From IMG/VR virus record IMGVR_UViG_3300017963_000235, positions 1-64,000 of that record: a DNA stretch of 64,000 bases; one strand, written 5' to 3'. This document shows, one piece after another, positions 1 to 8,366 of the stretch (its first letter is position 1; each line of letters begins with the position of its first letter). Source of the DNA: a virus. Position numbers and translations under genes: made by a program. The notes beneath the pieces were generated by a model. It was not told the DNA's origin. It was given only the letters and a program-made list of their open reading frames with translations, and did not search any database.

Positions 1-135
1 CCAAGAAAGGTTGATGAGTTTATCGAATGTCCACAGTGTAAGGGTACTGGTGGTTTCCCTCGTAAGAGGCATTACAGTTTACCTTGTGCTTTTTGTGATG
101 GATTAGGGAAAGTGACGGGGGAGGGGCATGAGTAG
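1..135 (+). CDS. 3' end of a protein with a DnaJ-type zinc finger (partial)
   Basis: Frame 1 reads ...CPQCKGTG...CAFCDGLGKV..., stop TAG at 133-135. Confidence 0.65.
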   Translation, partial: PRKVDEFIECPQCKGTGGFPRKRHYSLPCAFCDGLGKVTGEGHE

Positions 136-283
136 ATTAAGTGATGTGGTAATAGGTATGCTTGTTATATCGTCTGCCATTCACCATCTTTCTGGGGTGA
201 TAGATAAATCTACAGAGATGTTAGTGATGGCGATGTTTCTTTATATCATAAGTAAACGAGAGAAAGGGAGTAAGTCAGAATGA
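128..283 (+). CDS. small membrane protein (51 aa, not in ORF track)
   Basis: ATG 128 to TGA 283, two hydrophobic stretches, ATGA overlap with the next gene. Confidence 0.5.
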   Translation: MSRLSDVVIGMLVISSAIHHLSGVIDKSTEMLVMAMFLYIISKREKGSKSE

Positions 284-837
284 GAAATCCAGATTTTAGA
301 GTAGAGTATTGTGATCCCAAGAAAAGGGCTTGTGATAACTGCGCATTCACGAAAGATTCTGATCCGTGTCTTGGCCTGCGCATCAATGAGGGGCACTCTA
401 GGTACTGGGCTCCTAATCTAGCAGTAGCGCTGTATAGGGTGGTGGAAGCTAACGAGGAGATTCTTAAGCGGCTAGAGATAGAGATTGGTAGGCGTAAGAA
501 AGCACATGGAGATCCTACAGCAGGCTATACCGTAAGTGTCTTGGAGAAGATTCTCTATGGGCTGGAGACCTGGGAGCAGGAGTTTAAAGGGAAGGTACCG
601 GAGGTTAAATGCCCTGTATGCGATGGACAGGGGCAGGTACGTAAGCTCGATGATCCAGGTAGGATTGTAGCCTGTTATGCTTGTCGTGGCGTAGGGAGTG
701 TAGAGGATTTTAGAATTACAAAAGTGAAGGGTAGAGTCACTGGGGTTGATACAGCAGGAACAGTTGAGGGCGATTATCTGGAGGGGGTTGTGTGTACCTT
801 TAGTGATAGTTCTTCTGGGTCTTCACCGGCAGAGTGA
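280..837 (+). CDS. hypothetical protein with DnaJ-type zinc finger
   Basis: CPVCDGQG...CYACRGVG (CxxCxGxG pair). Confidence 0.65.
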   Translation: MRNPDFRVEYCDPKKRACDNCAFTKDSDPCLGLRINEGHSRYWAPNLAVALYRVVEANEEILKRLEIEIGRRKKAHGDPTAGYTVSVLEKILYGLETWEQEFKGKVPEVKCPVCDGQGQVRKLDDPGRIVACYACRGVGSVEDFRITKVKGRVTGVDTAGTVEGDYLEGVVCTFSDSSSGSSPAE

Positions 838-859
838 TTGTTATTAGATGTTATCTGAA

Positions 860-900
860 AAGAATTATTCCTTGACAATAAGAAAATATCGGGGTAAGGA
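860..900 (+). promoter_or_regulatory. early-type promoter (TTGACA-17-TAAGGA)
   Basis: TTGACA 872-877, TAAGGA 895-900, AT-rich upstream tract, SD AGGAGG downstream. Confidence 0.7.
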
Positions 901-921
901 TTAGATCAGGAGGATTGTGTT

Positions 922-1659
922 ATGGATAGAGATACTAGAGCGGATAACTTAGTGTGGAACTGCATGGTTCTGATGGGGTCTGATAAGATCTATGACGTGA
1001 AGGCGGCGGGAAGCAACGAAGATTTCGCTAGAGCAGAGATAGCGGATTTTGTCACATACGCCCAGGGGAATCCGGTAGAGAGATGGCGGGATCATTCTGT
1101 ATGGCCTAGTAAATTGTTTGATGAGGATTTTAAAAAGGTGATCGTTGATTTGGGGATTCCTAAGGAGGACTACCCCATAACTTCTAATCTGCATCTCAAC
1201 TCATTCGGAGATGGGGTAAGGGAGAAGACGTTATGGTGGTTGTGTAGGAAGTATGGAAAGGATCCCCACCAATTCAATTATCTGAATAGAGATTGGAGAC
1301 GTGAGCGGGATCAGTTGATAGAAGTTAAGCAGCGTATCACTAACTTGGAGAATGAGATTAGAGATTATGAGGCTACACTTAGTGATCGTAAGAGCTCTCT
1401 GGGTGCCGTGTGTCTACGAAAGGCCCAGCTTGAATGTCCCTTTAAAGAGGGGGATAAAGTGCTTCTGACATCTTCTAGAGGCGCTGTGTTGTATCGTATC
1501 TTTGAGCGTATAGAGCACGTAAGAGTCACCCCTCCTAATGGCCCCTGCGGAAAGACAGAGGTAGAGATTGTGTACCGGTGTGTGAAGTCTGGTGAGGCCA
1601 TTGGGGATAACTTCAGTTCGAGGGAGTACACTATAGCTCCGTATACATCGGAGGGGTAG
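922..1659 (+). CDS. hypothetical protein with central coiled coil
   Basis: 245-aa ORF with strong SD after a promoter. Confidence 0.7.
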   Translation: MDRDTRADNLVWNCMVLMGSDKIYDVKAAGSNEDFARAEIADFVTYAQGNPVERWRDHSVWPSKLFDEDFKKVIVDLGIPKEDYPITSNLHLNSFGDGVREKTLWWLCRKYGKDPHQFNYLNRDWRRERDQLIEVKQRITNLENEIRDYEATLSDRKSSLGAVCLRKAQLECPFKEGDKVLLTSSRGAVLYRIFERIEHVRVTPPNGPCGKTEVEIVYRCVKSGEAIGDNFSSREYTIAPYTSEG

Positions 1660-1663
1660 AACG

Positions 1664-2143
1664 ATGTCCGAAGTGAAATGTCCATTAGTACACGTAAGGC
1701 TACATAACGAGGCTCCAACACTCCAGTTAACGTCTATCCCTGATGATGTGATGCAGATGTACAACGATGCACATAACATATATCGGATGTATGGATCCCC
1801 AGAGGATCGACCCCCATGCCCACCACAACACAACGAAGAGTGTTTTAAGTGCTGGAGGACTACGGAATTAGGCGGAGAGGGTGGGGCCTATGGTACTAAT
1901 TACCATCAAGCTAAGGCAGATATTGAGGAGGAGATTTGTGCTCTGTTAAGGAGGCCTTTATCTTCCAAGGGTATGAGGATTAAGGTTAAAGAAGTGTTCG
2001 CCTCTAGAGGGTTGGATCGTTCTGACTTTAGGATTGAGTTTAAGAGGGGATCAAAGATAGATAAGAAAGCCAGGGGATACCCTATGGTGATAACCAGAGT
2101 CCCAGGCAAAACGACAGTTACAATTGAAAGGGTACGAACATGA
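1664..2143 (+). CDS. hypothetical protein
   Basis: SD GGAGG, packed operon. Confidence 0.6.
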   Translation: MSEVKCPLVHVRLHNEAPTLQLTSIPDDVMQMYNDAHNIYRMYGSPEDRPPCPPQHNEECFKCWRTTELGGEGGAYGTNYHQAKADIEEEICALLRRPLSSKGMRIKVKEVFASRGLDRSDFRIEFKRGSKIDKKARGYPMVITRVPGKTTVTIERVRT

Positions 2144-2334
2144 GTAGTGAATTACGGGAGTACGTAAACGCGGTAAGGGATTATAGACTTAGGGGTGTGG
2201 AGTTGGGGGATCCTTTATTAGTATCGGGGCATATACTTAGGTTATTGGGGATTCTATCAAGGGATGATGAAGATCTTTTGATTGGGAGTATAGAGAGGGT
2301 GTTGGAGCGAGGATCTTTTTGTTTAGACCATTAA
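2140..2334 (+). CDS. hypothetical protein
   Basis: ATGA overlap with upstream gene. Confidence 0.5.
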   Translation: MSSELREYVNAVRDYRLRGVELGDPLLVSGHILRLLGILSRDDEDLLIGSIERVLERGSFCLDH

Positions 2335-2771
2335 CCGATGCCGTATTGACTCAGATTAGATGGGCGGTACATGCTGAGGTCAAGAGGTTAGAGGGGTGCC
2401 GGGGGTGGGATTGGGTGGATAAATATCCTGTGGGTGTGAGGGTGCTTGAAAGCGATCCGACTAGAGTTAATGTGGGATTTGAGATGAGTCAGGATGAGTC
2501 GTTGAATTTAGCCAAAAACGTGTTGTCGAAAGAGGATCTAGAAATTAATGTTATCGATCTCGGCAAGAATGACTCACAACACGGGGATGCGCTGGGGGTT
2601 TTGTGTTCTTATTTTGCCGAGATGCACCATTGCAATTCTTGCCCTATAAGGAGTTCTGGGGTTTGTGATGTTCCAACAAAGGGAGATCCCCTGATGCGGA
2701 GGGGTATGTGTGAAAACAAGATTAGAGCGTGGGCCATAAAGCAAACTAAACAGGAGATGAACGATGGATAA
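2319..2771 (+). CDS. hypothetical protein, Cys-rich C-terminus
   Basis: Packed ORF with CxxC motif. Confidence 0.55.
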   Translation: MFRPLTDAVLTQIRWAVHAEVKRLEGCRGWDWVDKYPVGVRVLESDPTRVNVGFEMSQDESLNLAKNVLSKEDLEINVIDLGKNDSQHGDALGVLCSYFAEMHHCNSCPIRSSGVCDVPTKGDPLMRRGMCENKIRAWAIKQTKQEMNDG

Positions 2772-3069
2772 GAGAACTATTACAATCACCATAGAGATAG
2801 GGCACATACCTTATAAAACGACAGAGGTGACGAGAACCTTTACAGGGTCTAAGCAATCCAAGGTGTTGGAGGCCGTTAAGAACTTCGGGGATAGGTCGTT
2901 CACTGTTGATGATTTGTGCCATAAGATGATTTCATATCAGGATCCCAAAGGAAGAAGTAGGCTCAGACACATTCTATACAGGATGGTTAAGAACGGAAAG
3001 CTGGAGCAGGTAGGATACGGTCCTTCCGGTAAGGGCGGTAGTGGTCCCGCTATCTACAGGAGAGCTTAA
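2764..3069 (+). CDS. putative winged-helix DNA-binding protein
   Basis: FTVDDL...LRHILYRMVKNGKLEQVG...PAIYRR resembles a wHTH. Confidence 0.5.
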   Translation: MDKRTITITIEIGHIPYKTTEVTRTFTGSKQSKVLEAVKNFGDRSFTVDDLCHKMISYQDPKGRSRLRHILYRMVKNGKLEQVGYGPSGKGGSGPAIYRRA

Positions 3070-3071
3070 GC

Positions 3072-3449
3072 ATGGGTAACGCACAGGCTAAGAGGTGTGG
3101 ATGTTGTGGGATCCCAAAGCAACTATCCGAGTTCAGTAGGAACAAAGGCAAACGGCAGGGGGTGAATTCCCTCTGTAAGAGGTGCGATGTACTGAAGCAG
3201 AAGGAAAGACGAGAGAAGCAGCAGAGGAAATTAGTTCTCCTGGTACGTGCAGCATGTGAAGCCTTGATGAGTGAAGGGGCCTCCTCATTGATTCCTTGGA
3301 AGGATATAGAGCTCTACGATAAGAGGGGAAGGATTCATACCAATACTATCATGGCGGCTCTTAAGCGATATCCTAGGGCTGATTTAGAGATAGTTTCTAT
3401 GAAGTCTTTCTATGGGATTCATTACAGAAGGCGGGCGAGTCATGGGTAG
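3072..3449 (+). CDS. zinc-binding protein (N-terminal CxxC...CKxC module common in phage HNH/EndoVII proteins)
   Basis: KRCGCCGIPKQLSEF...SLCKRC; no nuclease core seen. Confidence 0.5.
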   Translation: MGNAQAKRCGCCGIPKQLSEFSRNKGKRQGVNSLCKRCDVLKQKERREKQQRKLVLLVRAACEALMSEGASSLIPWKDIELYDKRGRIHTNTIMAALKRYPRADLEIVSMKSFYGIHYRRRASHG

Positions 3450-3675
3450 TTGGATAGGCGTTACTGAGGATGAAAGAGTACTTTGGTATAATCCCATAGG
3501 GCTTATCTTGTGGATTTATTCGTTTGTGTATAGCCACATTTACAACATGTTTGCTGGGGATATCTGTTATAGAGCGGTGTGGAGGGATATCACAAGGGGG
3601 TTCTGGGACGATTTAGCAGGATGGCCTTTAAAGAGAAAGAAGAGAGACCACAACAAATTCACATCGGATAATTAA
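3442..3675 (+). CDS. hypothetical protein
   Basis: Likely start ATG 3442 overlapping the upstream gene end. Confidence 0.5.
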   Translation: MGSWIGVTEDERVLWYNPIGLILWIYSFVYSHIYNMFAGDICYRAVWRDITRGFWDDLAGWPLKRKKRDHNKFTSDN

Positions 3676-3710
3676 TTTCTATTGACAAGAGGATAATTAG
3701 TGGGTATAGA
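3670..3710 (+). promoter_or_regulatory. early-type promoter (TTGACA-17-TATAGA)
   Basis: TTGACA 3682-3687, TATAGA 3705-3710; 19 nt identical to the promoter at 20281. Confidence 0.75.
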
Positions 3711-3727
3711 TTAGATACAGGGGATCC

Positions 3728-4011
3728 AATAGAGGATTCTCAGTAAAGGAGGTCGTTATGATTTCAGTTCAAAGTGTAGGTAATTATGGACGAGCAAAGA
3801 TTAATTCTATTGAGGGGGATGAGTACTTCTTTCCTGTAGTAGATGATAAACCGTATTCCTGTGTTTGTGAGACAAAAGACATAGCTCTCTTGATGGCTCT
3901 CCAAATCAAGTATGAGGGTCATAATTCTCAATTCGCCAAGATGGCTTGTAGAATGCTTGGTATTAAAAGTGCGTGGGCGGAATAATCGAGAATAGAGGAT
4001 CCTCAGAAAGG
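3728..4011 (+). repeat. imperfect direct repeat AATAGAGGATYCTCAG(T)AAAGG flanking ORF 3758-3985
   Basis: Copies at 3728-3749 and 3991-4011. Confidence 0.7.
3758..3985 (+). CDS. hypothetical protein
   Basis: SD AAAGGAGGT. Confidence 0.7.
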   Translation: MISVQSVGNYGRAKINSIEGDEYFFPVVDDKPYSCVCETKDIALLMALQIKYEGHNSQFAKMACRMLGIKSAWAE

Positions 4012-4020
4012 GTTTGAGTA

Positions 4021-4320
4021 ATGAGTTACAAACGGAAGACTAAGGCTGAGTTGATTGAGATGATAAAGATGGTAGAGATTCGGGAAAATACCGCTAAGGA
4101 CGAACGCAACGAGAAGGAAGCGTTAGCCTTAGATTTGGGTGAGGAAGTAGATGCTTTGGAGACGAAGGTTAAAACGCTTGAAAGAGATCTTGAAAATTAC
4201 AAGAGTGCTGTTCGGCATGATGAAGAGGTTAAAGAACGGCAACGGAAAGAGATTGCGGATCTTACACATCGTGTACGGGTGTATCGTCAGGCTCTGCTTA
4301 TTGAGCTCAATAATCACTAA
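4021..4320 (+). CDS. coiled-coil protein, paralog of 15576-15905
   Basis: RKTKAEL...RVRVY versus RKTKADL...RVAAY. Confidence 0.65.
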   Translation: MSYKRKTKAELIEMIKMVEIRENTAKDERNEKEALALDLGEEVDALETKVKTLERDLENYKSAVRHDEEVKERQRKEIADLTHRVRVYRQALLIELNNH

Positions 4321-4332
4321 GGAGGAAGTGTT

Positions 4333-4713
4333 ATGTGTGAGAATGTTAGACCCAAACCTAAGGTAGGGGATACTCTGATATTAGTTGAGAACTACCATAG
4401 AAATTCATCACCTCGAATCAAAGAAGTCACAGTGGATAAGGTGGGTAGGAAGTATTTTAAAATCACAGGGGCTGGATACAGGGTCACACAGTTCTACATT
4501 GAGACATGGGAAGAGCATACAGAGTATCATTCTTATTGCTCTCTTTATGCTTCCTTGGAGGAGTATGCGGCTATTGTGTCAGTTAATTCGGCCTGTGGGT
4601 ATGTAAAACATAAGGTGCGTGATTTGGGTAAGGGGAGCATAACTGATGAGCAATGGATTGAGATAGCCAAGATTCTTGGTTGGACATCCGAGAAATATAA
4701 ACTTACGGAATAG
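4333..4713 (+). CDS. phage beta-barrel-like hypothetical protein
   Basis: KVGD...EVTVDKVGRKYF motif seen in many small phage proteins; SD AAGGAGG. Confidence 0.6.
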   Translation: MCENVRPKPKVGDTLILVENYHRNSSPRIKEVTVDKVGRKYFKITGAGYRVTQFYIETWEEHTEYHSYCSLYASLEEYAAIVSVNSACGYVKHKVRDLGKGSITDEQWIEIAKILGWTSEKYKLTE

Positions 4714-4723
4714 GAGTAGACCC

Positions 4724-5218
4724 ATGAGCGAAGAGAACAAAACCGAGACCCTGAAGTCGTGTCCCACATGTGGGATAAATAATTGGTATAAGGATCGCCA
4801 GATGCGGGTGTATGAATGCCTCGGGTGCGCAACGAAGATCGAAATATCCCGGATCACCAACCGCCCGATAGAGGATGCACTGCGCAGTGAATTGGATTTA
4901 TATAAGGCGCTTGAAAAGCAATTCCGAGAAGAGGCGGCAGAGAAGCATCTTGAGATCAAGGCACTGAGGGCGGAGATTGAGGAGTGCAAAGAGTTAATAT
5001 CCAGCATGTCAAGCCAACTCGTCAAAGCGGCAAAAAAGATGGACGAAAAAGACGCCGAGATCGCCCGGTTGCGGGAGAGTCAGATACCGGGGATGTGTAA
5101 GGAGTGCGCGTGGGGCCAGCATGGAGATTGCCACATAAAAACAGTGATTGGCAGAAGGTTAAAAACGAAATCCCCACCCTATTGCAGCGCCTTCGCCCCG
5201 CGAAAGGATGGTGAGTAA
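4724..5218 (+). CDS. Lar-like zinc-ribbon/coiled-coil accessory protein, paralog of 61051-61545
   Basis: TLKSCPTCG...CLGC...NRPIED; start ATG 4724 after AGGAG. Confidence 0.55.
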   Translation: MSEENKTETLKSCPTCGINNWYKDRQMRVYECLGCATKIEISRITNRPIEDALRSELDLYKALEKQFREEAAEKHLEIKALRAEIEECKELISSMSSQLVKAAKKMDEKDAEIARLRESQIPGMCKECAWGQHGDCHIKTVIGRRLKTKSPPYCSAFAPRKDGE

Positions 5219-5220
5219 TT

Positions 5221-5442
5221 ATGGGACCATGTTGCAAATGCATGCATATACCATGCCGCTGCGTATTGGTGGCATTAGAGCGTGCCCATGCTGATGCGCT
5301 TCTGCGATCCTGCGCTAATTTGCACTCCACCCTGGATTATCGAAAAGCGGATCTGGATCGTGAACTAGATTTGCTTGTGGGCATTATGCATACCCCAACC
5401 CCACAGGAGGCCGAAAATGAGCCGCGAAAGGATGGTGTGTGA
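5221..5442 (+). CDS. hypothetical Cys-rich protein
   Basis: Packed ORF ending in the CCGCGAAAGGATGGTG repeat. Confidence 0.5.
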   Translation: MGPCCKCMHIPCRCVLVALERAHADALLRSCANLHSTLDYRKADLDRELDLLVGIMHTPTPQEAENEPRKDGV

Positions 5443-5651
5443 TGCCGCATCATGAACAAATACCAGACCCACTTAATGCGGGGGTAATGACAGCAACAAC
5501 AAAGTGCCCCATGTGTGGATGCCCGTTCAGTTATGCACTCCCTGTCAAGAAGCGGATTACGGTGTATTGTTGTGAGGTCAATCCTGAGTGTCCTAATTAC
5601 TATTACATTTATCCATCATGGGAGTCACCTGACAAGGGGTCCACGCAATAG
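5439..5651 (+). CDS. small zinc-ribbon protein
   Basis: CPMCG...CCEVNPEC. Confidence 0.5.
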   Translation: MMPHHEQIPDPLNAGVMTATTKCPMCGCPFSYALPVKKRITVYCCEVNPECPNYYYIYPSWESPDKGSTQ

Positions 5652-5660
5652 GGGAGGGGA

Positions 5661-6083
5661 GTGATTATGGATTGGAATACAATAAAATCAGAAGAAGAGG
5701 GAGTCCAGATTGGTGATCTGTCTATTGTATTGTCGGGAGATGGAGTTGCTTCTGAGAGTTCTTATACCAAGTATAGAGGTAGGTGTAAGGAGTATGCTGA
5801 GAAAGCGTGCAAGGAAGATTCTAGCCTTACTTTGGTTAGGGGGTACTACCATTGTTGGTCCTGGGGTAAGCAGGAGCATTGGTGGTGTAAACGTCCTGAT
5901 GGCTCCATATACGACCCTACGGTAGACCAATTCCCTAAGCCACATGCGGGGCGGTATGAAGAGTTCAGAGGATTCTTCACCTGTGAGGAGTGCGGTAGGG
6001 AGGTGGCTGAAGATGCTGCGATCCCGGTTGGTGGATATGCCTGTTGTAGTGAACGGTGTGCGCTTAGTCTGGTGGGGCTGTAG
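5661..6083 (+). CDS. transglutaminase/papain-like Cys-His-Asp protein with C-terminal zinc finger
   Basis: GRCKEYA...EHWWC...IYDPTVDQF triad pattern; CEECG...CCSERC. Confidence 0.5.
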   Translation: MIMDWNTIKSEEEGVQIGDLSIVLSGDGVASESSYTKYRGRCKEYAEKACKEDSSLTLVRGYYHCWSWGKQEHWWCKRPDGSIYDPTVDQFPKPHAGRYEEFRGFFTCEECGREVAEDAAIPVGGYACCSERCALSLVGL

Positions 6084-6359
6084 ATGTCTAATCAAAGAGT
6101 GAGAAGGAAAGAACGTAGGGATTACCTCAGACAGCTCCATACGGAACGCGACAGAAGACGACAGGCAGAGACAACGGTTAGGGAGTTAGAAGAAGAATTA
6201 GATAGGATAGAGAAGGAAACAGGGGTAATATTCTATGAGTTTGCTACTAAGTGTTTAGCAGCTATTAAGGATCCAGTTCCCGATCCCAAGGTCATTGAGG
6301 ATCTTGAGGAGTTCATAAGGGAGTTTAATGAGAAGCGTGAAAGGGAGAAAGCAGAATGA
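6084..6359 (+). CDS. hypothetical coiled-coil protein
   Basis: Abuts upstream stop. Confidence 0.55.
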   Translation: MSNQRVRRKERRDYLRQLHTERDRRRQAETTVRELEEELDRIEKETGVIFYEFATKCLAAIKDPVPDPKVIEDLEEFIREFNEKREREKAE

Positions 6360-6910
6360 ATCTTGCATTAGTAACGACTTTAGTGGGGATTGTGTTTATC
6401 CTGGTGGTGTGCGTTCTGGGGTGGGTAAAACGGAGAGCAGTAAAACGAGAGGCTAAGATAGCCGCAATTGATCCCGCCTCCCTTCCGCCCAAACATCACA
6501 ACTGTAGATGTTCAGTGGTCTCCGATGTGAAGAACCTAGGACCAACTACATCAGAGCTTAACGATGCCTTGGTAAATTACATACCATGTGAGGGTTTCAA
6601 GGGGCTTCGCATAGAGGGGATGAAAACCTTTATTTGGTACAGGGGAAAAGAGGAGGAGATATCGGAGAGACGGGCTAGGGTTGTAGAGTCTTTAGCGGGA
6701 TATTTATGGGAGGATGTAGATAATGTGGTGGAGGCTCTAAAACCGTTGGGGTGGCCTTTTGTTGATCGAGAGTGGGACAAATTCAAAGAGGGACTCCCCA
6801 GGGAACTACTTTCACATATCATTAGTTTGCAACATAGCATAGATAGACTTGAGCAGAGAAGTAGATGCTTCGATTTCACTAAAGGGATTGCAGGTGATGG
6901 GGATGAGTAA
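6356..6910 (+). CDS. membrane-anchored protein carrying a MuF-like PPxHxNCRC motif
   Basis: N-terminal TM helix followed by LPPKHHNCRCS. Confidence 0.55.
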   Translation: MNLALVTTLVGIVFILVVCVLGWVKRRAVKREAKIAAIDPASLPPKHHNCRCSVVSDVKNLGPTTSELNDALVNYIPCEGFKGLRIEGMKTFIWYRGKEEEISERRARVVESLAGYLWEDVDNVVEALKPLGWPFVDREWDKFKEGLPRELLSHIISLQHSIDRLEQRSRCFDFTKGIAGDGDE

Positions 6911-7166
6911 GTTAGCAAACAAATCCATGTACCTAGTTCCTGTGGTGGTGATTACGGTTATGGTAGTTATGATGCAGATATCATTGAGTAAAAAGAACGA
7001 TTTCATAGACCGGCAAATCACGAGGTACAACGAATTGTATTATAGGGCCAAATGGTTGATCCGGGAGAACAAACGCTTGATAAGGTGGTGTGGAGATCGC
7101 TGTCATGGGTCGGAGGTCAGGTGCCCTATCCTGACTAAGAGACTACCGGCGAGGAGTGAATTATGA
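6903..7166 (+). CDS. membrane-anchored coiled-coil protein with Cys-rich tail
   Basis: TM helix VPVVVITVMVVMM; likely start ATG 6903. Confidence 0.5.
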   Translation: MSKLANKSMYLVPVVVITVMVVMMQISLSKKNDFIDRQITRYNELYYRAKWLIRENKRLIRWCGDRCHGSEVRCPILTKRLPARSEL

Positions 7167-7390
7167 AATGTAGATATTGCGGAGCATTATCGAGTATTAG
7201 TGCAGAGATCTATATCCCAGGAGTTCCTTTAGATTTTAGCAAATGTGAAACCTGTCAGGCATATCTAGATCCTAGGCTCCCTGTGTTTGGGCTGTTTGCA
7301 GACCAAAGCGCACGGGATGAACTCTTGTATTCTCTTGGGAAAAGGGTACAGGAGTTGGAGAAAGAGTTAGAGATTTCTAAGAGGAAATAA
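7163..7390 (+). CDS. small zinc-finger protein
   Basis: CRYCG...CETC. Confidence 0.55.
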   Translation: MKCRYCGALSSISAEIYIPGVPLDFSKCETCQAYLDPRLPVFGLFADQSARDELLYSLGKRVQELEKELEISKRK

Positions 7391-7397
7391 TTAGTGT

Positions 7398-7437
7398 TTC
7401 ATTTTCTGTTGACAAAGAGACAATAAAAGGGTAAACA
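7398..7437 (+). promoter_or_regulatory. early-type promoter (TTGACA-17-TAAACA)
   Basis: TTGACA 7409-7414, TAAACA 7432-7437; downstream RBS/start 20-mer identical to 908-927. Confidence 0.7.
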
Positions 7438-7458
7438 GAAAGTAAGGAGGATTGTGTT

Positions 7459-7644
7459 ATGGATGAGATTACAATTACAGATACATCAGGCAACTCTATT
7501 GTTTGTGCGCGAGATCGGATACGGGTTTTCATAGATCACATAGGCTATGGGGTCAGAGTCCTTTATGGGGGTTGTCATAAGATCACCCTGGAGGAGTTTC
7601 TTAGGGTGGCTAAATGGCTTGGTGTCAGTTTGGTGAGGGTATAA
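7459..7644 (+). CDS. hypothetical protein
   Basis: SD AAGGAGG. Confidence 0.65.
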   Translation: MDEITITDTSGNSIVCARDRIRVFIDHIGYGVRVLYGGCHKITLEEFLRVAKWLGVSLVRV

Positions 7645-7649
7645 TAAAA

Positions 7650-7835
7650 ATGGGTAAGGATGAATTAAGTCAAGATGTGCAGATCGTGGACACACACGAT
7701 GAGGACATATTTAAAGATCGAGTTAACGCGTTGCGGGAGAGGGGATATGAGATTTCTTCTACAGCATGTGGGTTCACCAATTCGGAAGATTACGATTTTT
7801 GCGCCCGGTATCAGGCCATTTTGGTTAAGGGGTGA
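7650..7835 (+). CDS. hypothetical protein
   Basis: Likely start ATG 7650. Confidence 0.5.
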   Translation: MGKDELSQDVQIVDTHDEDIFKDRVNALRERGYEISSTACGFTNSEDYDFCARYQAILVKG

Positions 7836-7838
7836 TTA

Positions 7839-8366
7839 ATGTTGGAGATTAAGATTACTAAAAAGTGGGCCATGCCCTCTAAAGATACCTTCTCTATTAA
7901 ACCCATTAATGAATTAATAAAAGGATACTTTAGCGTTGTGGGGGGAGGTAGGGTAGTTGATCCTTTTTCCGGGGACTCGCCCTTTGCGCAGTATTGTTAC
8001 ACTAATGATTTGGATCCGGATAAACCTGCGGATGAGCACAAGGATGCTCTGGAGTTTTTAAGGGGGTTATCGGATAGGTCTGTATCTATGGTTCTGTTTG
8101 ATCCGCCTTATTCCCCCCGTCAGGTGTCAGAGTGTTATAAGCGCTTGGGTCAGACGGTGAACATGCAGACCACCCAATCTAGTTACTGGGGGAATCTTAA
8201 GAAAGAGATTGCTAGGGTGATAAAGCCGGGAGGGATTGTTATCACCTGTGGCTGGAATAGTGGTGGTATTGGGAAGAAAGCGGGGTTTGTTCAGGTGGAG
8301 ATACTGTTAGTAGCCCATGGGGGTTGGCATAATGACACCATAGTTACAGTGGAAGTTAAGGGGTGA
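7839..8366 (+). CDS. small adenine-specific (N6A/N4C) DNA methyltransferase
   Basis: VVDPFSG (SAM-binding), VLFDPPYS (catalytic), RVIKPGG. Confidence 0.85.
   Translation: MLEIKITKKWAMPSKDTFSIKPINELIKGYFSVVGGGRVVDPFSGDSPFAQYCYTNDLDPDKPADEHKDALEFLRGLSDRSVSMVLFDPPYSPRQVSECYKRLGQTVNMQTTQSSYWGNLKKEIARVIKPGGIVITCGWNSGGIGKKAGFVQVEILLVAHGGWHNDTIVTVEVKG

Noticed and set aside
1-3000. Apparent CTAG enrichment
   Set aside because: About 10 in the first 3 kb by eye, close to expectation; merely not depleted
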